A stretch of 64,000 nt of DNA from Convolutriloba macropyga. Taxonomy: Eukaryota. Below are positions 1 to 9,400 of this stretch, piece after piece. Position numbers and translations under genes: made by a program. Every line of letters starts with the position of its first letter. The stretch's first letter is position 1. The stretch spans positions 1 to 64,000 of the forward strand of contig NC_134474.1 of NCBI RefSeq assembly GCF_964194025.1, in the 5' to 3' direction. The notes beneath the pieces were generated by a model. That model did no database searches. It saw nothing but the letters and a program-made list of their open reading frames with translations, and had not been told where the DNA came from.

Positions 1-99
1 GTGTATGTGTGTGTGTGCGTGAGCGGGTGTGTGTGTGTGTGTAGGTGTGTGTGTGTGTGTATGTGTGTGTGTGCGTGAGCGGGTGTGTGTGTGTGAGTG
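1..99. repeat. (GT)n microsatellite with interruptions
   Basis: Near-continuous GT dinucleotides with a repeated GCGTGAGCGG interruption. Confidence 0.97.
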
Positions 100-121
100 T
101 CAAAACTGGAGGAATTGGAAC

Positions 122-302
122 TTAGTACCGGGAAGAAGATCCTGCATTATCTCCCCCGTTGTATCCTTGTTCCGTTTCCATAGCAACCGCTTTCCCAACG
201 CTCTCGTCATGATTCTTGAAACCCCATCCTCTTCTCACTTGTGAACTTTGTCCTGTTGCGTTTTTGTTCACGTCACTATTAGCCTTCACCTCAATTGTTG
301 TC
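122..302 (-). CDS. Candidate terminal coding exon of an unidentified host gene
   Basis: A T-rich tract and TAG acceptor (minus strand ...ttttttatttggaatattag|G) precede an open frame TTIEVKANSDVNKNATGQSSQVRRGWGFKNHDESVGKAVAMETEQGYNGGDNAGSSSRY* (phase 2). GC is higher than the AT-rich sequence beyond 302. No homology recognised. Confidence 0.35.
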
Positions 303-1003
303 CTAATATTCCAAATAAAAAATTAATAAACAAAGCTAATTTAGAGATGTACGTGTTTTTTATCCATTTAGCATAACGGGCTAAACTGTCACATAAAACA
401 CTGCAACCCAGTTTGACCGAAACAATTAATCATCAAAACCCACTTCAGTACATTTGTTTTTTTGTGTTCCAAGATTACAGGTAATTTCAGGACATTCCTT
501 AGATAACTTCAGCAAGTTTCTTACAAATGCGCCGCCAAATTTTTCATTACAATCCTTCCAATAAATTCAATACTACGAAGTTTCAGCACAAATAGAAAAT
601 AACTTTGGCACTTCAAAAAGATGGAAACTCAACGCTTTCAAAAAGTTCCTTACAAACTTTCAAACTTTAAGCATATTTCTTGAAAAGAGTTACCAAATTT
701 TGGTGTAAACTAACTAATGCTTGGAGTCTGATCAGAATGAAATTTGATCCCGAACAGAGATTTATTTTAGTGCTGGATTATCTGTTCATAAAGGGACAAG
801 GTTTGATCATAAGTGTTTTTGAGCGCAGAATAGTCCGATAAGAGACAATTTTGAGCGCACTATCAGCTCCGATATGATTAATTTTAGCGCACTTTTGTCT
901 GATCAGAATAGAAAATTAAAACATTTCAAGCGCAGAGAAACGCTTGAGTGTGATCAAAGGTCAGATTTTTTTTGTGGGGGGGGGGGGGGGGGACAAACAA
1001 ACT

Positions 1004-1158
1004 GGTTTCTGTTTGTCCCCACCCCAATACGTTAAGCACCCCCCATTAACACAGCACGTGCCATTAAATAGTGAAAATCATAATGTAAAGATACGTGCAT
1101 CTTAGGGGTGCAAGAAATTTGCACCCTCTAAGCTGGGGTACACAAACGGAAAAGATCC
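1004..1158 (-). mobile_element. MITE copy (~160-bp family)
   Basis: Ends in GGGTACACAAACGGAAAAGATCC and starts with a degenerate TTTCTGTTTGTCCCC. Internal motifs are shared with the 63810-63958 copy. Strand is given relative to the 15414 copy. Confidence 0.75.
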
Positions 1159-1245
1159 AAATTATTGTTTAAAATGACAGGAGGGGAAATTGTTAGGACT
1201 CACCTTCCCCGCTTTTGTTGTTAGACTACTAGAATAAATATGAAA

Positions 1246-1402
1246 ATTTGACCCCCCCCCCCAGCTTAGTGGGTGCATATTATTTGCGATCCCAGACGAA
1301 AGTGCCATATATTTACTTGATGATTTACTACGTAGTGACACGTGCTCCTTAACGGGGGGGGGGGGGGGGTTGGGGGGGGGGGGCACAAACGGAAAAAAAA
1401 CC
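1246..1402 (+). mobile_element. MITE copy, inverted relative to 1004-1158
   Basis: CCCCAGCTTAGTGG...TTATTTGC...CCCAGACG...GTGCC...GATTTACTA...ACGTG...GGGGCACAAACGGAAAA is collinear with 15414-15572. Confidence 0.8.
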
Positions 1403-1564
1403 CTAAATTTGATAATGACTTTTTTGGGCGGGTGGGGGTCGTTTACGCTTGAAAACGCTGATATCTCATTTCAGCAACTCTTTTTCATATACTCTAATGG
1501 AAAGTCTTTTGGTTGAGGTAATAATTGGATGTGGGTTGTTTGTTAGTTATGAATGAATGACTAG

Positions 1565-1700
1565 TTATGCTGACTCAATTGGGGAGTTCTGAAAGAAGAC
1601 AGCATGATGGTCTGTGTCTTCAAATTGTGACGTGTCTGCTCTACCAAACACACACGTCGAATCATCAAACCACTTTTCCATAAATGCTCCCGCGCTAAAA
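1565..1700 (-). CDS. Candidate terminal coding exon (unidentified)
   Basis: Acceptor ttgtttgttcag| is followed by phase-2 frame FSAGAFMEKWFDDSTCVFGRADTSQFEDTDHHAVFFQNSPIESA*. A second frame is also open, so the assignment is uncertain. Confidence 0.3.
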
Positions 1701-1777
1701 CTGAACAAACAATGATGGCATCGGGTTTTATTTTTCAAATTGAGTTGGAAAAATGTTGATTTGACCTAATTGGAGTA

Positions 1778-1883
1778 AAATTTACAAAGAGGTCAAGTGG
1801 TCAAGTATTAAAATTAATTTATAAAGAGGTCAAGTGGTCAAGTACTAAAATTAATTTATAAAGAGGTCAAGTGGTCAAGTATT
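1778..1883. repeat. 37-bp minisatellite, left part (interrupted by the Gypsy element)
   Basis: About 2.8 copies of AAAGAGGTCAAGTGGTCAAGTATTAAAATTAATTTAT. The array resumes in register at 6319. Confidence 0.95.
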
Positions 1884-2380
1884 TGTGATGGTTTCAATGA
1901 AACATCAAGAAACTTAGAAGTTTTATTAAAGTTTCAAAGAACGAAAGAAGAACTTACCTGACGAACTTTATTGCTGTGTCGATAAGTAATGGCTACAAAA
2001 CTAAACTCAATTCTAATTTTGTTTTGGCGCTATCATTATCTTATTGACCTATCAATCATATGTCAGAAGTAAATTCTCCCACCAACAGAAACCTGATTCT
2101 AACATCCACTGACCTCCAACTAATGAACTCGATTGTACCCAAGCCATATATGATTCTCATGAAATGTTGATGAAAATAGAATATCACCTCCGGGATTCGG
2201 AGTTAAGATCTATTCACATGCCAATCATGTAAAATATTTTTAGCTAATCTAAATTTGCTCTGTATATTTTCGCATAGATAACCACTATAAATATAAGCTA
2301 ATTTTTGTATATTTTCAGTTCAAAATTTAATTTAAAATTCAACTTATTGAATTCTTTGACCCGTGTTATCGACCACGACA
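1884..2380 (+). repeat. 5' LTR (497 bp)
   Basis: Begins TG right after the TSD and ends CA. The ends form an imperfect 9-bp inverted repeat. TATAAATA lies at 2286-2293. The last 81 bp are identical to 6238-6318. Confidence 0.9.
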
Positions 2381-3451
2381 ATGGTGTCCAGACCAGCTAC
2401 AGACAGACAAATTTTGGATCTACAGAATGTAGAATCTGCTACTGCGTGGATTATGTCTTTTGTGGCGAAATGTCGCGCAGAGAAGAAAGAGGACAAAGTC
2501 AACACCGATGGTACTGTACAGGACCTACAGGTAACCAATCTCTTTCTTAGTATGTGCAGGCAAGATGCAATTATTAAACTTAGGAGCTTAATGAGCCCTA
2601 GGAATTTGATAGACACTCCGTATAAAGACATCAGATTGGCGATTCGAAACTATATTTCTCCTAAAGAGAGAGTAGTAACGGCAGAAAGGGCTAAATTTCT
2701 GTCCGTTATACAAGGTGTAGGGGAGTCAGACGACTACTTCCTAGCACGTCTTAGAGAAGAAGCACGCTATTGTGACTTCGAAAAATTGAAAACAGCGGCC
2801 AACCCCGAAGAGGAGTTGGTAAAAAAAAAGTTTATCTCAGGTTTGAGGGACCCTGAAGCAAAACTTAGACTACTAGACGGTATTAAAACAAAACCAGCAA
2901 TGTCGGTTACTGAAATGACCGAGAGCTTACAGTTCAGAAGTCAAGCAGTGGCTTTTGCAAGTTCTTCATCAGGTAATAAGCCCTTTACGGTGAAAGAAGA
3001 AGTTGGGTTCAACTTCAAAAAGACCTTTCGAAAACAAAATGAAAAAATTACGGCTAATAGAAACAGCAACATGTGCACTAGGTGTGGAGGTAAGCCACAC
3101 TCTAGTAGACCTTGTCCAGCGCTAAGTAAGAAATGCAACACCTGTGAAAAGGTGGGACACTTCTCAAAAATGTGTAGAAGCACACCCCAACCAAATTCAG
3201 GTAAGTACAATAAACAGAATAATTTTTGCGAAGAAGAAAATGTTTCTTCAGAGCAAGCATCTCCAGCATCGGAGATGGGAATGTTTTATACTAAAGAACA
3301 AATCTTTAGCATGTCTGTGACATGGGAATACATCTCAATAAATAACTGCAAAGTAAAAATGCAGATAGACACAGGTGCAGATAGCACAGTGATATCATCA
3401 AAAATATGGGCTGAGCTTGGTAAACCTCAGTTGGATGGTAAGACATCTTGA
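2381..3451 (+). CDS. gag: Gag plus N-terminal aspartic protease
   Basis: ATG at 2381; knuckles CTRCGGKPHSSRPC and CNTCEKVGHFSKMC; protease motif IDTGADSTVI. The frame breaks near 3440. Confidence 0.9.
   Translation: MVSRPATDRQILDLQNVESATAWIMSFVAKCRAEKKEDKVNTDGTVQDLQVTNLFLSMCRQDAIIKLRSLMSPRNLIDTPYKDIRLAIRNYISPKERVVTAERAKFLSVIQGVGESDDYFLARLREEARYCDFEKLKTAANPEEELVKKKFISGLRDPEAKLRLLDGIKTKPAMSVTEMTESLQFRSQAVAFASSSSGNKPFTVKEEVGFNFKKTFRKQNEKITANRNSNMCTRCGGKPHSSRPCPALSKKCNTCEKVGHFSKMCRSTPQPNSGKYNKQNNFCEEENVSSEQASPASEMGMFYTKEQIFSMSVTWEYISINNCKVKMQIDTGADSTVISSKIWAELGKPQLDGKTS
2382..2396 (+). promoter_or_regulatory. Primer-binding-site-like sequence
   Basis: TGGTGTCCAGACCAG starts 1 nt after the LTR end. 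TGG complements the tRNA CCA end. The priming tRNA is not assigned. Confidence 0.65.
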
Positions 3452-4880
3452 AGCTTATGATGTTCATCAATTAACGCTTCTGGGATCACTTACTTGTGAC
3501 GTTGAGTGGAACGGAAGCAGGCTCACTCAAAAACAACTTGCAGTTGTGCAGTCTGAAAAAGAATTTGGACTACTTGGTAGAGACCTTCTACCCAAGCACG
3601 GCGTGAACAACATCACAGCCGAGCACCTACCTGCTGTGAAGGGTTACAAAGCTCATGTGAAGTTGATACCAGGAACACAGCCAATGTTCTGCAAAGCCAG
3701 AAAAATACCTCTACCTCTTCAAGACAAGGTCACAGAGAAGCTGGAACAAATGGTCAGACAAGGCATCCTTGAACCGGTACAGCCAAGAGGAGTCACTAAT
3801 GCATCTCCAGTGGTGTGGCAGAGAAAGAAGAGTGGAGAACTGAGACTTTGCGTGGACTTGAAAGTGCACATCAATGGAAAGGTCATGGATGAGGACTACC
3901 CAATACCAGAAATGGAGACGATCTTCCATAACCTACATGGGGCCTCATACTTTGGCAAAATTGACCTCTCAGATGCCTACTATCAAATTGAACTTGACGA
4001 AGAAGCAAAAGATATATGCACAATCAACACATCTCAGGGACTGTTCAAGATGTGCCGACTACCTCAGGGATTGAAAAACTTTTCTTCAATCTTCCAGAAT
4101 TGCATAGAATCAACACTCAAAGGAATCAAAGGTGTTGTGATCTTTCAAGACGATGTATTGTTGTATGGAACTACCAAGGAGCAGTTCGACAAGAGAATGC
4201 TTGCAGTCAAGAGTCGACTACGTGAGAAACACTTTACTATTAATGAGAAAAAATCTAACTCAAAACCAGTCGATAGCGTTAGTTTTTTGGGATACTCCAT
4301 TTCAAAGGAGGGAATAGCACCAGATCCCAAACATGTTGAAAAAATAAAAAATGCAAAAGCACCAACTAACAATAAACAACTCGAATCGTTTGTTGGGCTA
4401 GCTAATTTTTACGGAAGAATGATTCCTGATTTTGCAACAAAAATGCTACCCTTAAATAACATGAGAAATAGCGATTTCTCATGGGGCAAAATGCAACAAA
4501 AAACCTTTGAAGACATAAAAAATGAATTATGTGCTAACCCACTAGTACAGCCATATAGTCTACAAAAAGAAGCAACAGTTACTACTGACGCCTCTGAAAA
4601 AGCCATTGGCGGGGTTCTTTCGCAAGAAGGACATCCAGTCATATATGTATCGAGAAAATTGACTCCAGCGGAGCAAAACTACTCGAACATAGAGCGGGAA
4701 GCACTGGCAATCGTCTTTGTGGTCACAAGATTGAAGCAATTCCTCCTTGGAAGACGAATTACCCTACAGACTGACATCAAAACCACTCAAATATCTCTTT
4801 GCGCCAGACGAGGAGATCCCGAAGACAGCATCAGCGAGAATCACAAGATGGGCAATAGCTCTAATGGGTTTCGACTATGA
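3417..4880 (+). CDS. pol: Pol fragment: protease C-terminus, reverse transcriptase, RNase H
   Basis: ASPVVW, LRLCVD, KIDLSDAYYQI, RLPQGL, FQDD, FLGY; RNase H motifs TTDAS and NYSNIEREALAI. Frameshift near 4775. Confidence 0.93.
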   Translation: MVNLSWMVRHLEAYDVHQLTLLGSLTCDVEWNGSRLTQKQLAVVQSEKEFGLLGRDLLPKHGVNNITAEHLPAVKGYKAHVKLIPGTQPMFCKARKIPLPLQDKVTEKLEQMVRQGILEPVQPRGVTNASPVVWQRKKSGELRLCVDLKVHINGKVMDEDYPIPEMETIFHNLHGASYFGKIDLSDAYYQIELDEEAKDICTINTSQGLFKMCRLPQGLKNFSSIFQNCIESTLKGIKGVVIFQDDVLLYGTTKEQFDKRMLAVKSRLREKHFTINEKKSNSKPVDSVSFLGYSISKEGIAPDPKHVEKIKNAKAPTNNKQLESFVGLANFYGRMIPDFATKMLPLNNMRNSDFSWGKMQQKTFEDIKNELCANPLVQPYSLQKEATVTTDASEKAIGGVLSQEGHPVIYVSRKLTPAEQNYSNIEREALAIVFVVTRLKQFLLGRRITLQTDIKTTQISLCARRGDPEDSISENHKMGNSSNGFRL

Positions 4881-5937
4881 GTTGAAGTACACACCAGGGG
4901 AGCAGATACCCCATGCAGATGCTTTGAGCAGAATGGATTTTGACGAAGACGAATCCGACAACGATCGAGTGTGCTTCGCAATCAATAACATCTACTTCGC
5001 TCAGAGGGATTTGGTGACCCAAACAGAAATCAAAACTGAACTTGGAACAAACAGACTCTTCCAGGACATAATGAAACGAATCAAAAGCGGCAATTGGAAA
5101 CAATGTTCAGAAGCGGAAAAAGGATTCGAACAACAGAAAGATGCACTTACTTTACATAATGGAATCATCTTCAGAGCTGTTGTTCCTTTCATTCCACCCA
5201 AACTACGACACTTGGTTTTGGCAAAAGCGCATGAGACACATCCCGGAAAGAATGCAACTAAGGCATCAGTCAGAATGATAGCTTGGTGGCCTGGCATTAC
5301 CCAAGACGTTCAACACTTTGTTAGTAAATGTAAGAATTGTCAATTGAACAGGCCTAGCCTGGGAAAAACAGTCTCTACGTGGCCAGAAGCCGACGTTTGG
5401 GAACGGCTCCACATGGACTGGGGTTATGTTAAGGACCAAGGCAATATATTAGTAATTGTTGACGCGGGTTCTGGTTGGATAGAAGCCTTCCCCTCGGGAA
5501 ATAGAACATCAGAAACAGTTAAAATATATCTTAGTCAAATCTTTGCAAGATTCGGAATACCAAAAACTTTAGTTCCTGAATTTGTAAGTGGTGACCTTAA
5601 ACAGTGGTGTGAATCACTGGGAATTAAGAAAATAGAATCACCCGTATATCATCCAAGAGCTAATGGACTAGCTGAAAGAGCAGTTCAGACAGTGAAGCGG
5701 GCACTTCAAGCGTGGAGTCCCAACCTTAATGTGTCATTTGGAGCATTCCTGCAAAGGGCACTGATGACACATCGCAACACTTCAAAGACGAGGAGCAAAA
5801 CTCCAGTTGAACTCCTGTTGGGACGCAGAGTGAGACTACCAGCAATAGCAGATTTTGACTTGTGCGAACCCATTCTATTCAAGGCCAACGAAAAGACAAA
5901 TACAGTTCCTGCTACCTTCACATCAGGAAGGGCCTGA
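4747..5937 (+). CDS. pol: Pol fragment: RNase H end and integrase (catalytically defective)
   Basis: HADALSR; HHCC zinc finger (HETHPG...CKNC); LHMD; YHPRANGLAERAVQT. The SDNG-type second-Asp motif is absent (IPKTLV|PEF). Confidence 0.92.
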   Translation: MEDELPYRLTSKPLKYLFAPDEEIPKTASARITRWAIALMGFDYELKYTPGEQIPHADALSRMDFDEDESDNDRVCFAINNIYFAQRDLVTQTEIKTELGTNRLFQDIMKRIKSGNWKQCSEAEKGFEQQKDALTLHNGIIFRAVVPFIPPKLRHLVLAKAHETHPGKNATKASVRMIAWWPGITQDVQHFVSKCKNCQLNRPSLGKTVSTWPEADVWERLHMDWGYVKDQGNILVIVDAGSGWIEAFPSGNRTSETVKIYLSQIFARFGIPKTLVPEFVSGDLKQWCESLGIKKIESPVYHPRANGLAERAVQTVKRALQAWSPNLNVSFGAFLQRALMTHRNTSKTRSKTPVELLLGRRVRLPAIADFDLCEPILFKANEKTNTVPATFTSGRA

Positions 5938-6338
5938 ACACATCTTTCATACAGCCTGAAAACTCAGCACGAACTATTCTAGTGAGCGACAACCAAATTG
6001 CGAGACTAGACGAAGACAATGTGAGAACTGAACCAGCAGTGGAGGAGACCATATCTGAATCAGAACTACAACCTCAGAACACAGATGTGGGACCTTCACA
6101 TCAAGATGAAGCTTCTGCAGCCACATCATCTGCAGAGCAACAACAACCTGAAACCTCAGAGCCTTCACGAACATCAACCAGGAACAGAAAACAACCTGAC
6201 AGATTTGGAGAACCTATACCCACAAACTTGCTTAAAAAATTTTTGTATATTTTCAGTTCAAAATTTAATTTAAAATTCAACTTATTGAATTCTTTGACCC
6301 GTGTTATCGACCACGACAGTATTAAAATTAATTTATAA
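5862..6338 (+). pseudogene. Frameshifted integrase C-terminal tail reading through into the 3' LTR stub
   Basis: A low-complexity tail ends in RTSTRNRKQPDRF, the usual Mag/Gypsy Pol end, then continues without a stop into LTR sequence. Confidence 0.75.
6238..6318 (+). repeat. Truncated 3' LTR (81 bp)
   Basis: Identical to 2300-2380 and followed by the GTATT TSD. No polypurine tract lies upstream. Confidence 0.93.
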
Positions 6339-6400
6339 AGAGGTCAAGTGGTCAAGTATTAAAAATAATTTATAAAGAGGTCAAGTATTAAAATATAAAG
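6319..6400. repeat. 37-bp minisatellite, right part
   Basis: GTATTAAAATTAATTTATAAAGAGGTCAAGTGGTCAA, about 2 copies, decaying rightward. Confidence 0.93.
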
Positions 6401-6467
6401 AGTTAAAAAATTTTCTTAGTTGCTAAAAATATAGCATAATTGATTAATTTTAAGATTTCAGCAGTTA

Positions 6468-9400
6468 TTCAACGCATGTTCAAACTTTTTTTGAATCAAT
6501 TTCAGCGACTTTCAGCGCAAAAACTTCAAAGTTGCTCAAAATCAGAATACATACATCACTTTATATGAAGAGTGGAAATAAAATCACGTCATCGAAACTT
6601 CTCTACTTTTTTTCTGCCGATGAAGTTAACTGTAATAAAATGTACCCAACAGTAGTTAATTGCAAACATTAGCCCCGACAAACTCCTGGTTTTTCAAAGG
6701 AAGTTAAGAGTTTCTTTAAAAATTTGATTCAACCTAAATTCTGGATAACTCTAACACATCTAGACTGAAACAAAAAGTGATTCAGTGGTCAAGGAATAGC
6801 TAGACAGTCTAAATTTCAAATGTCAGTAATATTATGATCGTAATTTAGACAATCAGCAGAAGATGCGATGGCTTAAATATTAAATAGTTTGAAAATATTA
6901 GTTTTAATGGCAGTTCAAGTAAATAATTGTTTTTAAATCAGCTGCAGGCGCTGGATGAGTCCGGATCAGAATTGCCCGACTGTCGGGGGTACTGCAAGAC
7001 TCTGTGAAAGAGTCGCGATTGGCATCCGGTTGCGATTGGCCTCAGTTCGTCTGATCAAAGCTTGCTGGGCCGAACTAACACCTTATCTTCCGTACACGTT
7101 AGCAATAATCTGGTTGTCAGTTAGAATCAAACAGGTTATATAGTTATGCAATAAGGATTGCGTATCTGAGTTTTGACAGAGCCAGTTCCTAACTGCCACT
7201 TCAACTGGTGGTCGTTGTTTATTAGGTGCCTTAACAATTTTAACGAAATTCGAAGTAAAAGTTATTTTTACAGCACACGTTTTTTTTAAACGTTGAATGC
7301 AGTGAAGGACAGTTTAAAAATGCAGAAAAAAACGAGGACAGAGTTTTGAAAATGCAAAATGTTTTTGAATATGAACATTTAATTTGAAAATCAATCACAA
7401 AGGGCAAAAAAGCCGACTTAATTTACAAAGTATGCATATTATCTTTTCAGAAAAATATTAGCGTCAGAACTTTTGTCGTAAAAAAATGAACTAAAACATT
7501 CGTTATTATGTTTGCATGACTCAGCAAACGAAATTTTGCTGTTTTTGATGCTGTTTTAGAAGTTTGTGGTCAAATTTCATGATAGTTGTTCACAATTTTC
7601 AATATGAGTCCGAGTAATTGAAAATTGTTCTCAGTTTCTCAATTTGAGGCAAAAAAGTCAACTTTGAGAGATGAAAAAGCATAGTTGTTGCTGAATATGT
7701 CCGTAAATTGCTTATTTTTTCTCCAAAAAATGCACGGGCATTAAGTTCGAAAAGCAGCGATTGCTGAGATAACCATATTTTTGTAATAATTTCTTTTCAC
7801 CATTCACCAAAAACTACGACATTTTTGACACTAAGACAAATTTTTCAACAATGTTTTTTGGTAATTGTCGAAAAGAATTCATACAGAAGTTTTTAAAGAG
7901 AAGTTACCTGATGTTACGGACTTCGAAAGCACTTTGGTAGAAGTTGTAGCTCATGTGCTTTTAATTGAGGTTTAGAGAGTCCGTACAAGTGCCTATAAAA
8001 TTAACAAAATCATTTTAGCAAAAAATATTATAACTTCATGGTCTTTGCTGCTTAAATTTATGTCTATTTGCCGTATGAAAACCTCTTGATTGAGTTTACT
8101 TCTTTTTAAATTTGCCCCTCACCTCGCTTCGCCTTTTTTATGCTTCTAGGCTGCAAAGAAGTTTTATTTTTTTGAATCAACATGTTCAGCAAAAAGACAA
8201 AAAACAGACAATCAACAATTTTTACAAGATATTCATGTACTCGAAACTTTAACACTAGCTTTTAAAACTCTCATAAATTTTTGAAGAAGAATACTTAAGC
8301 AATCGTACTTCTCTTGTAGTGACGAAAATATCATCTTGACATTATCGAATCATGGAAAAAATAATCTCCATTAAAATTGGGGAACTGTTTTCAAAAAAGA
8401 CTCTTTTCAATTTTCCGGATGCAAGAATTTCCGATTATTTATAAGGTTGCAAGCCATATCAGCCAAAAAAATGTATATTTTCGAAATCAAACAGCAATTT
8501 TTCATTTAAGCTCGAACTTCGTTCAATTTCCTTAAACTCCCCGAATCAGTTGAGCAGTTTTAGCAAACTATTAAATGAGTTGTTTCTTTTTTGAGTGCAA
8601 TAATGCTTGTATCCGTCCAATGGCGCTGTAAATGAATAATTAGGAAACGCGCTTACTCGTGTATAACTTACTACGTTTTAATGGCCTTGAAAACTGTTCT
8701 CGTAATTTTTTTTATTCCACAGTTGGTTTTTAAAAGCCATGATTTTCAACGCATGTTCAAACTTTTTTCTGAATCAATTTTCATAAAAGAAACTTTCAGC
8801 GCGACAACTTCAAAGCTGCTCAAAATCAGAATACATACATCACTTTATATGAAGTGTGGAAATAAAATCACGTCATCAAAATTTCTCTACTTTTTTTCTG
8901 CCGTTGAAGTTAACTGTAATAAAATGTACCCAACAGTAGTTAATTGCAAACATTAGCCCCGACAAACTCCTGCTTTTTCAAGAGAAGTTTAGAAGTTTAT
9001 TTCAATTTGAACTCTGATTAACTAACACATATAGACTGAAACAAAAAGTGATTCAGTGGTCAAGGAATAGCTAGACAGTCTAAATTTCAAATGTCAAAAA
9101 TATTATGATAGTAAATTAGAGAATGAGCAGAAGTTGCGATGGATTAAATAATAAATATGTTGAAAATATTAGTTTTAATGGCTGTTCAATCAGCTGCAGA
9201 CGCTGGATGAGTCCGGATCAGAAATTGCCGACTGTCTGTAGCGCTGCTAGACACTGTGAAGATTGGTTCCCAGTGCGCGACCTTTGCTGGGACGAACGAA
9301 CACCTTATCTTCCGTACACGTTAGCAATAATCTGGTTGTCAGTTAAAGTCAAACAGGTTATATAGTTATGCAATAAGGATTGCGTATCTGAGTTTTCACA

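Larger units (their letters stand above)
1884..6318 (+). mobile_element. Ty3/Gypsy LTR retrotransposon, Mag-like, defective
   Basis: TGTGATGGT...ACCACGACA termini; GTATT TSD (1879-1883 and 6319-6323); domain order Gag-PR-RT-RH-IN; double CCHC knuckle in Gag, as is typical of Mag elements. Confidence 0.95.

Noticed and set aside
29-244. 71-aa ORF MCVCVGVC...
   Set aside because: It is a translation of the GT microsatellite.
720-960. TTTTGAGCGCA and GTCTGATCAGAAT repeats at ~33-bp spacing
   Set aside because: Too degenerate and too few to define. Probably a decayed minisatellite or TE interior.
1778-1883. 37-bp direct repeats as a CRISPR array
   Set aside because: The units are contiguous with no unique spacers, there are no cas genes, and the context is eukaryotic.
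2300-2380. Element with genuinely short 81-bp LTRs
   Set aside because: The TSD, the TG start and the terminal inverted repeat all place the 5' end at 1884, not 2300.
3430-3451. Programmed gag-pol ribosomal frameshift
   Set aside because: The break lies inside the protease domain after DTG and has no slippery heptamer; a mutation explains it better.
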